Of a stretch of 64,000 nucleotides of DNA, positions 38,936 through 48,899 are shown piece by piece. The stretch is from Candidatus Kapaibacterium sp. (GTDB lineage Bacteria > Bacteroidota > Ignavibacteria > Kapaibacteriales > UBA2268), in NCBI GenBank assembly GCA_963665665.1, contig OY762428.1, positions 832,001 to 896,000 of the forward strand, in the 5' to 3' direction. The position numbers were made by a program, and so were the translations under genes. Position 1 is the first letter of the stretch, and each line of letters begins with the position of its first letter. Under the pieces are notes generated by a model. It searched no databases. It saw only the letters and a program-made list of their open reading frames with translations, and was not told the DNA's origin.

Positions 38936-39486
38936 GTCATATTGTTTTCCTGCTTGAAGAGCCCTCGGCAGAGGAATTTCTGAAACAGATAATGCCACGA
39001 TTATTACCAGGTATTGATTTCAGAATTATTACTTTCGAAGGCAAACAGGATCTGGAAAAAAATGTTGAAAGGAAAATCCGAAGTTACCGGATACCAAACA
39101 CCTCATTCATAATCCTTCGTGATCAGGATTCAGGAGATTGCAGCGAGATAAAATCAGTTCTGAAAGAAAAATGTGAGAAAGCGGGAAAGCCTGATACATT
39201 TATAAGAATAGCCTGCCGGGAACTTGAAAGCTGGTATCTTGCAGATTTAAAGTCGGTTGGAGAAGCGCTCGGAATTGATGGGCTTGAAGATTTACAAAAA
39301 AAGAAAAAGTTCAGGAATCCGGATTTATTAGAAAATCCTTCAATTGAACTGAAAAAACTAACGAAAAACAAATATCAGAAAATATCAGGTTCCAGAGCTA
39401 TTGGAGGACATATAAATCTGAATATATCTTCCTCCAACAGCTTTCGGGTGTTTATTGAGTTACTAAGCAGATTTATTGTTGACTAA
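38932..39486 (+). CDS. DUF4276-like TOPRIM-fold protein
   Basis: FLLEEPS, LRDQDSGDC, ELESWYLAD motifs; ATGA overlap with the ATPase. Confidence 0.75.
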   Translation: MSHIVFLLEEPSAEEFLKQIMPRLLPGIDFRIITFEGKQDLEKNVERKIRSYRIPNTSFIILRDQDSGDCSEIKSVLKEKCEKAGKPDTFIRIACRELESWYLADLKSVGEALGIDGLEDLQKKKKFRNPDLLENPSIELKKLTKNKYQKISGSRAIGGHINLNISSSNSFRVFIELLSRFIVD

Positions 39487-39496
39487 CTCCCACCCG

Positions 39497-40108
39497 TCAA
39501 AAACTCGTTGTCAGGAATCTTTTGGCTGAGCTATCCTCGGATAAAGTAAAGCCCGTTGATGAACCTACTGCCATCTGCATTTTCCTTACTGTTTCGTCGA
39601 GTGTTGGTGTACTTATTTCCTTTGCCGGGCGTGATGCTATTTCGCTTATATAAACCGGTTTTTCTATAATCTTTTCAACAACAACGGGTACTTCCCGAAT
39701 AATTTCCCGGTCAACATAAACCGTATCTTTGTATGCTATTACCCGTGTTTCGGTTTTGCCACCACCGGTGAAAATAAAAAGAAATGCAAGGATGCATACT
39801 GCCGCAGCTGCCTGCCATACCGGTATCCTGAATTTTACAATCCCTGAAATATTGAAAACCTTTGCCCGTTTGGGAAGCGAATCCTTCTCCGCCTGCAGCA
39901 ATACCGCGTTGCCGATTTTTTCAGGCGGAGATTTCAGGATATCAGATTCCGAGGCGGTAAATGATGTGTACAGATGCCGAAAATTATCATATTCATTCTG
40001 AGTTAAAAATTTATCGACAAGGGATTTTTCGCTTTTAGTCAGTTCCCCATAATCCTTTGTTTTGGCAAGGATCTCAATTTCTTCCGGCAAATTTTCGTAA
40101 TTTTTCAT
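39497..40108 (-). CDS. Membrane-anchored anti-sigma factor-like protein
   Basis: Cytoplasmic N-terminus, one TM helix (WQAAAAVCILAFLFIF), overlaps the ECF sigma stop. Confidence 0.65.
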   Translation of the reverse strand: MKNYENLPEEIEILAKTKDYGELTKSEKSLVDKFLTQNEYDNFRHLYTSFTASESDILKSPPEKIGNAVLLQAEKDSLPKRAKVFNISGIVKFRIPVWQAAAAVCILAFLFIFTGGGKTETRVIAYKDTVYVDREIIREVPVVVEKIIEKPVYISEIASRPAKEISTPTLDETVRKMQMAVGSSTGFTLSEDSSAKRFLTTSF

Positions 40109-40665
40109 TTTTCCACTCCGGGATTAAATTCTGATAGATTCACTGATAATTTTTTTATTATATGGAATAACCTCGATTTTACTGTTCCTTCGGATATTCC
40201 CATCACCTCGGCAACTTCTTTAATCTTCAGTTCCTGCCTGAACCTGAGTATAAACACTTCCCTGTGCCCCTCCCCCATTCTGTCAAGTTCTTCCATAAGC
40301 CTGACTGCGAAAATTTTCTCATCGGGATCGGCAGGCAGCTGCACTTTCTCATCTGCCGGCAGAACCGTTGCTCTTACACTTTTCCTGCGGTACTCGTTCT
40401 TCAGCATATTGGATGCAATTCGGTATATCCATGACTGGAAAGACCCGGCAGGATCAAAGTTGCTCTTTTGCTCAATAACCTTCAGGAATAGCTCCTGCAG
40501 GAAATCGCCGGCTATATCATGATTGTAATTCAAAGAACGCAGAAAGAAATAGTACATCTTCTCCGAATATAGCCCGTAGAGTGTTTCAAAAGCCCGGGTA
40601 TCCCCTTTTGCATATAGCTCCATGAGTTTTTCCGGGCTATATTTTTTATATTTTTTCCTGAACAA
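40105..40665 (-). CDS. ECF sigma-70 factor
   Basis: AFETLY, DFLQELFLK, SWIYRIASN, EVAEVMGISEGTVKSRL. Confidence 0.93.
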   Translation of the reverse strand: MFRKKYKKYSPEKLMELYAKGDTRAFETLYGLYSEKMYYFFLRSLNYNHDIAGDFLQELFLKVIEQKSNFDPAGSFQSWIYRIASNMLKNEYRRKSVRATVLPADEKVQLPADPDEKIFAVRLMEELDRMGEGHREVFILRFRQELKIKEVAEVMGISEGTVKSRLFHIIKKLSVNLSEFNPGVEK

Positions 40666-40680
40666 TTCCGCTGCCGCCTA

Positions 40681-41829
40681 TTATTTAAAATATTCCAGGT
40701 ACTTTTCATTTCCTGCTTTTTTAGCAATCATCTCTGCTGTTTTATATACGAAATCTTTTCCGTTCAGATCAGATGAAATTTTAAAATGATCGTACAACTT
40801 CAGCAAAATCGGGAAAAAATTCATATTCATCCTGTCAACAAGTTCACGCGTTATGTCATTGCTGAATTCAATTTTCAGGTAGTCAAGCGCGAAATTATTC
40901 ATAAAATTATTCTTTAGCACGGAAAGATTATCAAAATCCTCTTCGCTGTATTTCATTGCCAGCCCGGTAATATACAGATTATCCTTTATCTCCTCCATGA
41001 ATTTTGAATTCAAAGTACTGCCAACATACACCGGCCTCTTGCCTGAATTCTTAACAATATGTTTTAGAATTTCTGCCATTGTGCCGGGTGTTTTTTTCTT
41101 GATCTTCATTTCACTGATACCGTATTCTTTGAATATCTTTTCCCTGTAATTGTCTAACATCATAAGAGATATATTCAAAACGCCGACATCCTTTTTTACT
41201 GCCAGCACCCGCTGAAGAATCCAGAGAGGGTAGGTATCATTGTCCCCGTTGGTTATAATAATTGCATTGTCTTCAACTGACTGTAGCACATTATAGTTAT
41301 AAGCAAGCAATCCGGGGGAAGGGTCTCCGCTGTCAAACCATTCTTTTAAATATTTATCGAAGTTCTTTCTATCACGTCTAATTTCGTAATAAACCGCCAG
41401 CTCGTCATATAACTCATTGCTTTCTCTCTTTAGTTCAAGGGCTTTCAGCAAGTCCTTTTCCCCTTCTGGAGTGTATGGCCCGTTATTCCAGCATCTTATA
41501 TAATGATATTCAAAAGTTCCTTTGATATGATCTTCCATTTCCTTAAGAATATCTTCAAGCTGTTTGAAATTCTTTTTATCCTCGGTGTACGCTTTGCGGT
41601 TTGTAATACCTGCCATCCTGTTTGCCGTATAGTAATTCAGCCATGCTTTTGCATTTTCGGGTTCACGGTCAATAATTTTCCTCCATTCAATTGACTGTGC
41701 TTTATACCAGTCAAAATCATGTAATTCTTTAACAATCGAATATACTGTCCGGGGTTCAGCGCTCTGCCCGGTTTTACTGTCGGCAAAAACGAGAATAATA
41801 ATTGCACATATTAATAAAAGCCTGCTCAT
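40681..41829 (-). CDS. Exported TPR-like protein with DUF2723/TMEM260-like soluble domain
   Basis: RBS AAAGGAG before ATG 41829; signal peptide; YNVLQS...AIIITNGDNDTYPLW..Q motif. Confidence 0.6.
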   Translation of the reverse strand: MSRLLLICAIIILVFADSKTGQSAEPRTVYSIVKELHDFDWYKAQSIEWRKIIDREPENAKAWLNYYTANRMAGITNRKAYTEDKKNFKQLEDILKEMEDHIKGTFEYHYIRCWNNGPYTPEGEKDLLKALELKRESNELYDELAVYYEIRRDRKNFDKYLKEWFDSGDPSPGLLAYNYNVLQSVEDNAIIITNGDNDTYPLWILQRVLAVKKDVGVLNISLMMLDNYREKIFKEYGISEMKIKKKTPGTMAEILKHIVKNSGKRPVYVGSTLNSKFMEEIKDNLYITGLAMKYSEEDFDNLSVLKNNFMNNFALDYLKIEFSNDITRELVDRMNMNFFPILLKLYDHFKISSDLNGKDFVYKTAEMIAKKAGNEKYLEYFK

Positions 41830-41870
41830 GATGTCTCCTTTCGGGTTTATGTAATCAATTTTCACTATCA

Positions 41871-41895
41871 TACACCTATGTCCCGAAATGGTTCA
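41871..41895 (-). promoter_or_regulatory. Putative autoregulatory ECF promoter TGAAC-N16-TGTA
   Basis: About 40 nt upstream of the first gene of the ECF operon. Confidence 0.5.
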
Positions 41896-42215
41896 ATCAT
41901 AATAAAAATACTTAAAACATTACAGGCCGGGTATCTGGAAATAATTTATTAAATATCTGTTTTATAAATATTTAATAATTTTATACAAGCTTTGAAAATT
42001 TTAGTTTCCTAAACATAGATTTTGTAAAATATTACAATATAGTTATATTGCATCTTTCGTGGGCGGGAATTAGATCAAGCAGTTAATTTTTGATATGCAG
42101 CCAATAATAATTGACCTTAATTAAATAAATTTAATATTTGTTTCATATTATTGTAACATTAATGTGTTGAATGTGTAGTTATAATAAGGATGAAAAAATT
42201 AAAGGTGACAGGAAT

Positions 42216-42968
42216 ATGTCTGAAAAAAATATAATACATTATAGCGGTTCGGTTGCCAAGTGGTACGATTTTCTTCTGACAGACCAGCGTGAAGATATAG
42301 AATTTTTGAAAACACTGATAAATACTAATGACGGCCCCGTTCTTGATATTGGCTGTGGAACCGGAAGGCTTATGCTTCCACTGGCCAGGCAGGGCGTTGA
42401 AATAGACGGATTAGATGCTTCGAATGATATGCTGAAGATATGCAGGGAAAAATTTAATAAAGAAGGGCTGAAAACAACTCTTTACACAAAGAAGTTCCAG
42501 TCATTTGATACAGAAAAAAAATACAAAACAATATATTGTGCCGGAAATATTCAGTTTATTGACAGTTTTTTCCAAACACTTATGGCACTTCAAAACATTC
42601 ATTCCTCACTTCAAAAAGATGGTAAGTTGATTATCATCATGTCTTTTGTTATGCCTGTATGTGAACCTTCCGACAGGGGAATATGGAAAGTAGGGAAAAC
42701 TTTTCAGGATGATAGCTACAAAGTTATTTACTATCATAACTGTGAAATTGATGAATTTGAACAATTAGTGATCACCAGGAACCGCTACGAGATTTTCGAG
42801 AATGATACAAAAATCGAGACGATTAAAAATGAGAGTGTAATGCGCTGGTACGGACGTTATGAATTCCTGTTGATGCTGGAAAAGAGTGGTTTCAAAAACA
42901 TATCAATTACCAACGAAGATATTTTTAATACCGGAACACCCACAAGGATATATACTGCCTACAAGTAG
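42216..42968 (+). CDS. Class I SAM-dependent methyltransferase
   Basis: VLDIGCGTGR, GLDAS..ML motifs. Confidence 0.88.
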   Translation: MSEKNIIHYSGSVAKWYDFLLTDQREDIEFLKTLINTNDGPVLDIGCGTGRLMLPLARQGVEIDGLDASNDMLKICREKFNKEGLKTTLYTKKFQSFDTEKKYKTIYCAGNIQFIDSFFQTLMALQNIHSSLQKDGKLIIIMSFVMPVCEPSDRGIWKVGKTFQDDSYKVIYYHNCEIDEFEQLVITRNRYEIFENDTKIETIKNESVMRWYGRYEFLLMLEKSGFKNISITNEDIFNTGTPTRIYTAYK

Positions 42969-43013
42969 AATTTCCGGATAATAAAAGATTTATCAGCATT
43001 TCTAACAATTAAA

Positions 43014-43039
43014 AACGGCCCGCCATTCGGCGGGCCGTT
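43014..43039. terminator. Hairpin terminator between convergent genes
   Basis: AACGGCCCGCC-ATTC-GGCGGGCCGTT perfect 11-bp stem. Confidence 0.75.
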
Positions 43040-43064
43040 CATTTGATCCGGTTAGCAAGTATGA

Positions 43065-46000
43065 TTACTTGTTAACAATAATTTTATCTGTGATAACTTC
43101 CGAACCGATCTGAATTCTTACAAGGTAAGATCCGCTTGAAAGGTTATCAAGATCAATAGTCTCGTGTAGCTGGCTGCCGTTAACTTCAAATGAAGAGGAA
43201 ATTACAGCTTCGCCCATAACATTGATAATTTCAACATTAACTTTTCCTGAGAAATCTACTGCTATGTTCAGTTTTACCTTATCCTGTGCAGGATTCGGGT
43301 AAAGGCTGATACCACTGATGGCATCTTCAACACCCGTCATATCAACATAAAGTTCGTCTGATTCTTTTGAACAACCAAAAGTATTAGTTACAACAACGGT
43401 ATAGTTCCCTGTTTCGGTCGGTATATGAGTATCGGTAGTTGCGCCTGTAATTGCATTTCCGTCAAGATACCATTGAATGTCGCCAGCAGCTGTTGTTTTC
43501 AGGTCGTCAAGGTCATCAAGAACGATACCTGGTTTTTCAGGAGCAGGATTAACAACTATTGTTGCCTGGGCTGTTCCTTCACATCCGCCTTCATTAGCAT
43601 AAGTATAAGTAATTGTATGAGTACCTACTCCTGCTACAGAAGGATCGAACTTATTGTTCTCGGAAACACCGTCACCGGTATAATTACCATTTGCAGGTGT
43701 ACCGTTAAGATTAATAGCCTCTTCGTTTTCACAAATTTCGCTTATCATTGTGAATTCAACAGTCGGTTCCGGATAGACTTCAACTTCAAATTCATTCAGT
43801 GATGAACAACCTGTAATTGTGTGAACCTGCTCAAGGGCAACTTTTGCTGTGCCTGTTGTAGTCCAGTCGATTGTTACAGATGAACCATTAGCACTGCCGC
43901 TAATAGCACCGCCGGATACCGTCCATGTATTAGTATAATCTGATGACGGGTCAGTATCAAACGTACTTGCAGACGAAATGCAAACTTTGTTATCGCCATT
44001 AATATCTGCATTAGGAGCAGCAACAACTGTCAGGTCTTTATTTCCTGATTTATTATATCCTGATTCCGTGTTTACAACTGCGATTTCAATTGAAGCACTG
44101 CCCGGAGTATTCCAGATAACGTCAACAGATTTACCATCGTTTGTGCCCTGAATAGTACCGCCGGTTGCAGTCCATTCGTAATCAGCTTCAATATCAAGGT
44201 CAGTTGAATATGTATAAGATTTACCAACACAAACATTTTCGTCACCTGCAATCGAAGGAGCAGGAGCTTTAAGGATGATAACATCTTTGCTTATTTCAGC
44301 TTCGGCATCAGAACCTGTATAGCGCTGTTTCAGGGTTAATTTACCGGATTTTTCGTCAACGTCCCAAACAACTCTTACTTCGTATTTATCATTATCACCA
44401 AGAATAGTTCCGTTTTCGATTGTCCATTCACTGCTAATGTCATCAGAATTGAGTGTCCTGTAAACATATACAACTTCAGACCATACGCTGCCTTCACCAT
44501 AGATTATCGGCCTTGGAACGGCTTCAATATCAATATCCATTGAACTTGAAAATTCACAGCCTGTAATAGTATTGCGTTTCCACAACCTCACTTCGCCGGA
44601 CTGTGAAGAAGAACCCCACCTTACTTTGATAAGGTTTCCTGTGTATTCGTTTCCAAGTATAGTACCACCGTCAACCTCCCACCTGATTTCCATGTCGTCT
44701 TCAATTTTTGTTGTGTATTCAAATTTCTGATTACTGAAAACAAGGTTATCGCCGGTAATTTTAACATCCGGAAGAGGTAAAATATTTATATTGATATAAG
44801 TTTCCGTTTCGCAACCATAAATATCTTCTTCTTTCACAGAAACTCGTCCGGAAGACTCTCTTGACCAGTCCACTTTAATTGTATTAGTATTCTGTCCATC
44901 AACAATATCGCCGCCGGATACCGTCCATACATAGCTGTTTCCTGAAACGTATTCCGTTGAATATTCAACCTCTTCGTCAAGGGCGCAAACAACTGTTTCA
45001 CCCATTACATCCGGAACAGGATGAGCATGGATTTCAACTGTATAAGTATCTTCAATATAACATTCGTCAAGGCCTGTTACGTTTTCACGAACTGTTATAC
45101 GGCCAACACCGGAATTGTCCCAGTTTACAGTTATAGCGTTTGAATTCTGTCCGCTGACAATATTTCCACCATCAACTATCCAGCTATAGCTATGGCCACC
45201 AACACTGTTTGTCTGGTATCTTACTGAATTTTCGTAAGCACAAACATCAATTTTACCGGAAATTTCCGGAGTGGGAAGAGCCATTATTTCTACGTCAAAA
45301 TCATCTGAACCAAAGCATCCGAGTTCTGATGTTTCTGTAACTTCAAGATAACCTTCGCCGACATTTTGCCATTCAACTTCAATTCGACCTGTTCCCTGTC
45401 CTGACTGAATTATGCCATTTGTCACTGTCCAGCGGTAATCGTTGCGATTATCAGTTACCCAATATTCATGAGTTCTGTCATTAACACAAAGCCTTGTTGT
45501 CCCTTCAATCCTCGGTGCGGGATTGTCTTCTATCATAACTGTAAAATCAGTAACATTTTCACAGTCATTTTCGTTTGTTTCAGTTAATTCAAGCAACCCT
45601 TCTTCAGCACCTGTTTCCCAGACAACGACTATTTCATTTGTCCCCTGGCCACTTGTAATATCACCGCCACTTATATACCAGTCATATTCATTGCCTTCAA
45701 CCAATTCAGTTGAATAGCTTGCATTTACTTCGGCACATACTTCACCCGGACCATTTATTCTTGGAGCAGGAATATCAACAACCTCAACTGCAAAAATATC
45801 ATCGAACATACAGCCGTCGTTTACTTCCATTACTGATATTTCTGCCTCGCCAATACTACTGAAGCTAACTGTTATCTCTTCGCTACCCTGGCCGTTTGTA
45901 ATTTCGCCGCCTTCAACAGACCATGTAAAAGAACTGCCTGAATTTGCAACGGTTGAAAATGTATAAGTTTCATTCAAACATGCCAATTCATCACCGCGAA

Positions 46001-47399
46001 TTTCCGGTTTGAAGCCGTTCACAGTAATTTCTTTTCTGAATGTTTCCGAGCATCCCGTTGGGCAGGTTACTTGTAATGTAACTGTGCCGGAGCCACGAGT
46101 TGTCCACAGCACTCCAAAAGTATTTGAAGTATTGTCTTCATTTATAGGTGTTCCGTTTTCAACTGACCATGTATAGGAAACTGATTCTTCAGATACATAG
46201 GCCGAATATACTGTTTCATTATCAAGGCAAATTTCTTCAGTTCCATGAATTTCTGCTATTGGCAATGGATTAACTACAACAGTTATTGTATTGCTGGATT
46301 GGCATCCGTTGCCATCAGTAACTGTTAATATATAATTCGTTGTCTCTGTTGGGTTAGCTGTCGGCGACATTGCTGTTGAATTATCAAGCCCGTCAATTGG
46401 TAACCATGAATAAGTATATTCGCCAGTTCCGCCGTTAACTGCAGGATTCAGCCTGGTTTCGGATCCGATACATATCTCTGTACTTTCATTCCCGAATGTA
46501 ATAGCAGGAATATCCAGAACTACAGTAGTAAATTCGTCGCTTGATTCGCATCCGTATTCACTTGTTTCCATAACATTTACTGTATATGTACCTGAACTTG
46601 CAATTGTAAGGTCAAACTCGGAATTGCTGTTTGTGGTAAGAGTTTCGCCGTTAAGCGCAACTTCCCATGAGTATGAGCTGCCTTCATTGGCATCTGTAGA
46701 ATATGTAATTGTCGAGCCAATACAAGCTGTCTGACTACCGTCAATTTCCGGTACAGGCAAAGGATGTACAGTTACTGTAACATCATCAGAAAGCTCACAG
46801 CCTGTATTATTGTCAGTAACAGTCAAAGTATAAACTGTTGTTTCAGTGGGGCTGACAGTAGGTTTCACAGTTGTATTCTGAGCAGCCAGGCCGGAATCAT
46901 AAGGTTCCGATGTCCATAAATAGCTATAATTCCCGGATCCGTTGTATACAGGATTATCAACACCTATAACAATTGACTCGTCATAGCAGATTTCTCCATC
47001 AGGAGCGTCAGAAATATTAAGACTATAAATTGTAAAAGGATTACTTGAAGATGTATTGCTTTCAGGATCAGAAGCATGAACCCTAACCCTGTATGCCAAT
47101 GCTGTTGTACTTGATTCGGGGATTGTTACATCAATCGAATAATTTCCTGTTGCATAGGCTTCAAGGGAAGCATCAAGTGTGGCAGGTGATGAAAAATCAC
47201 CATCTTCATCAGAAAGCTGTACCGTAAAAATATTATCGGTTGAAAATGAGCTTGAAACTGTAAAATTCACGCTGAAATTACTTCCTGCACAAGCAGAATT
47301 CGATGTTAAATCTCCTATTTCGAATACCTGGGCATTAAGGTTAAATCCCAGAATAATCAGAAAAACCAAACTATATAAAAGAGTTTTCATTATTTTCAT
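43065..47399 (-). CDS. Large T9SS surface protein with more than ten PKD/Ig-like repeats
   Basis: Signal peptide; repeats P.I.G...VC...Y.W.V.GG.I..GQ...I.V.W...GC; LYPNPA...GSYLV CTD. Confidence 0.88.
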   Translation of the reverse strand: MKIMKTLLYSLVFLIILGFNLNAQVFEIGDLTSNSACAGSNFSVNFTVSSSFSTDNIFTVQLSDEDGDFSSPATLDASLEAYATGNYSIDVTIPESSTTALAYRVRVHASDPESNTSSSNPFTIYSLNISDAPDGEICYDESIVIGVDNPVYNGSGNYSYLWTSEPYDSGLAAQNTTVKPTVSPTETTVYTLTVTDNNTGCELSDDVTVTVHPLPVPEIDGSQTACIGSTITYSTDANEGSSYSWEVALNGETLTTNSNSEFDLTIASSGTYTVNVMETSEYGCESSDEFTTVVLDIPAITFGNESTEICIGSETRLNPAVNGGTGEYTYSWLPIDGLDNSTAMSPTANPTETTNYILTVTDGNGCQSSNTITVVVNPLPIAEIHGTEEICLDNETVYSAYVSEESVSYTWSVENGTPINEDNTSNTFGVLWTTRGSGTVTLQVTCPTGCSETFRKEITVNGFKPEIRGDELACLNETYTFSTVANSGSSFTWSVEGGEITNGQGSEEITVSFSSIGEAEISVMEVNDGCMFDDIFAVEVVDIPAPRINGPGEVCAEVNASYSTELVEGNEYDWYISGGDITSGQGTNEIVVVWETGAEEGLLELTETNENDCENVTDFTVMIEDNPAPRIEGTTRLCVNDRTHEYWVTDNRNDYRWTVTNGIIQSGQGTGRIEVEWQNVGEGYLEVTETSELGCFGSDDFDVEIMALPTPEISGKIDVCAYENSVRYQTNSVGGHSYSWIVDGGNIVSGQNSNAITVNWDNSGVGRITVRENVTGLDECYIEDTYTVEIHAHPVPDVMGETVVCALDEEVEYSTEYVSGNSYVWTVSGGDIVDGQNTNTIKVDWSRESSGRVSVKEEDIYGCETETYININILPLPDVKITGDNLVFSNQKFEYTTKIEDDMEIRWEVDGGTILGNEYTGNLIKVRWGSSSQSGEVRLWKRNTITGCEFSSSMDIDIEAVPRPIIYGEGSVWSEVVYVYRTLNSDDISSEWTIENGTILGDNDKYEVRVVWDVDEKSGKLTLKQRYTGSDAEAEISKDVIILKAPAPSIAGDENVCVGKSYTYSTDLDIEADYEWTATGGTIQGTNDGKSVDVIWNTPGSASIEIAVVNTESGYNKSGNKDLTVVAAPNADINGDNKVCISSASTFDTDPSSDYTNTWTVSGGAISGSANGSSVTIDWTTTGTAKVALEQVHTITGCSSLNEFEVEVYPEPTVEFTMISEICENEEAINLNGTPANGNYTGDGVSENNKFDPSVAGVGTHTITYTYANEGGCEGTAQATIVVNPAPEKPGIVLDDLDDLKTTAAGDIQWYLDGNAITGATTDTHIPTETGNYTVVVTNTFGCSKESDELYVDMTGVEDAISGISLYPNPAQDKVKLNIAVDFSGKVNVEIINVMGEAVISSSFEVNGSQLHETIDLDNLSSGSYLVRIQIGSEVITDKIIVNK

Positions 47400-47517
47400 T
47401 CTCCATGGTGATCAAATGAACTTCAGGGTATAAGAATCCCTGTGTGAAATAATCACATTTTTAAGGAATAGCTTTTATTTCTACTCCAATTTAGTTAAAT
47501 TATAAGCTAAGCGTTTA

Positions 47518-47590
47518 AGTTAGCGGCGCCGAAGGCCTGCCCGAGGCGCTGCTTCAATTCTGACCCGATTTTATCAAGTCGTTCGTCGTT
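47518..47590 (-). promoter_or_regulatory. Candidate DUF1646/Na+-I riboswitch-like leader
   Basis: CGGGTCAGAATTGAAGCAGC...GCGCCGC in the 5' region of the surface-protein gene; resembles the recalled motif core. Confidence 0.4.
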
Positions 47591-48231
47591 CTTTTGTCTA
47601 TCCTGAATTAACAGGAAAAAATATTTCAATTCCAGGTTTTTTGCTTTATCACTCCCCTATATTTATGAATAAATATATACATATCAACTGCCAGACAAAT
47701 TTTTATAAATTTGAACCAAGCAGTAATTTTTCAATTTGTTTTGTTTGGGGAAACGGCTGATACTGAAAAGTTACTATATAAAATATGTTATTATTTTCCT
47801 TTTGCTTATTATATATGCCCAAAAGCCAAAATCGTTATCCTAATCTTCACTCACGTTAAATACACCCTAAGAACATTTCTGTTAACAAAAAGTCACGGAT
47901 TTTTTTTATTTTTTTTCAAATTGATTGATTAAGTGTTGTCCCATAGTCTCCAAAAGCAAGTTAAATCTTTTTAAGTTTACAAACAAACAATTTTTTAAAA
48001 CTAAATGAAAAAATTATAATCATACTTTCTAATCAGCTTCCTACTGTTCAAAATGTATTTAAAAATAGAAATCCACCACAAACGGCGTTGACTTAACTGC
48101 CGCTTCAGAGCCCCATAATTCAGCTTTTATATAAGACAATCCATTAACAATAGAATTTGAGTATAAAAAAAGCCTCGTAAAAAACGAGGCCGGACAAAGA
48201 AAATATAATATCAAGCAGAGAGAGAATTCAA

Positions 48232-48714
48232 CTAAACTGTTTTAATAATTGAAACAACAACACCCCATATCATTACATTGTCGTCACTATTTACCGAAAT
48301 CACATCATATTCAGGATTTTCTGGATGAAAACTGATTTTTCCGTTGTTATACCTTACTTTTTTTACTGTTAGCCGTGAATTAATTTCTGCAACAACAATC
48401 CGCCCGTCAGAAGGTTCTTCCGATTTATCAACAATAAGAATATTGCCATCAGATATTCCGGCATTTTTCATCGAATCACCTGAAACTCTCATGAAAAAAG
48501 TATTTTCCGGATTATCAATAACAAGGTTATTAATATCAACTACCTGCTCTGCGTGAGTTTTTTTTCTTTTATTTCTTCCGAAAAGCGGATCCAGAAACAA
48601 AGGCAGCGATAGTTGCGGGCTTATTAAATAGTCATAACTTTCACCAGCATTCTTCAGAATATTGTGGCTGTTTTCTCTTGGCCTGCCCATTCCTAATTTG
48701 GCTCTCAATGCCAT
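48232..48714 (-). CDS. UmuD/LexA-family S24 peptidase-domain protein (orphan, atypical N-terminus)
   Basis: FFMRVSGDSM (Ser), TVKK (Lys), PENPEY, WGVV. Confidence 0.8.
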   Translation of the reverse strand: MALRAKLGMGRPRENSHNILKNAGESYDYLISPQLSLPLFLDPLFGRNKRKKTHAEQVVDINNLVIDNPENTFFMRVSGDSMKNAGISDGNILIVDKSEEPSDGRIVVAEINSRLTVKKVRYNNGKISFHPENPEYDVISVNSDDNVMIWGVVVSIIKTV

Positions 48715-48899
48715 TTTTTCACCTTAATTAGTAACTAATATTCTTTTGATTGAAAACTATCATATATCGTGCCACAAATCCCGCAGTACCCTGCTAAAAA
48801 AAATTCCTATTCTTTTTGAAAAAGGAGTGTTGGTTTTTGACCGGATTTTTCTTATAATAAGAATGTTGAAAAATTAAAAATGATCACTCATCCGGCGGA

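Noticed and set aside
35520-39500. Prophage or integrative island
   Set aside because: AT-rich accessory genes but no integrase, att-like repeats, tRNA or phage structural genes
47545-47570. SRP (4.5S) RNA suggested by GGTCAG...GAAGCAGC
   Set aside because: Lacks the CCGGAAGG tetraloop hairpin and long closing stem
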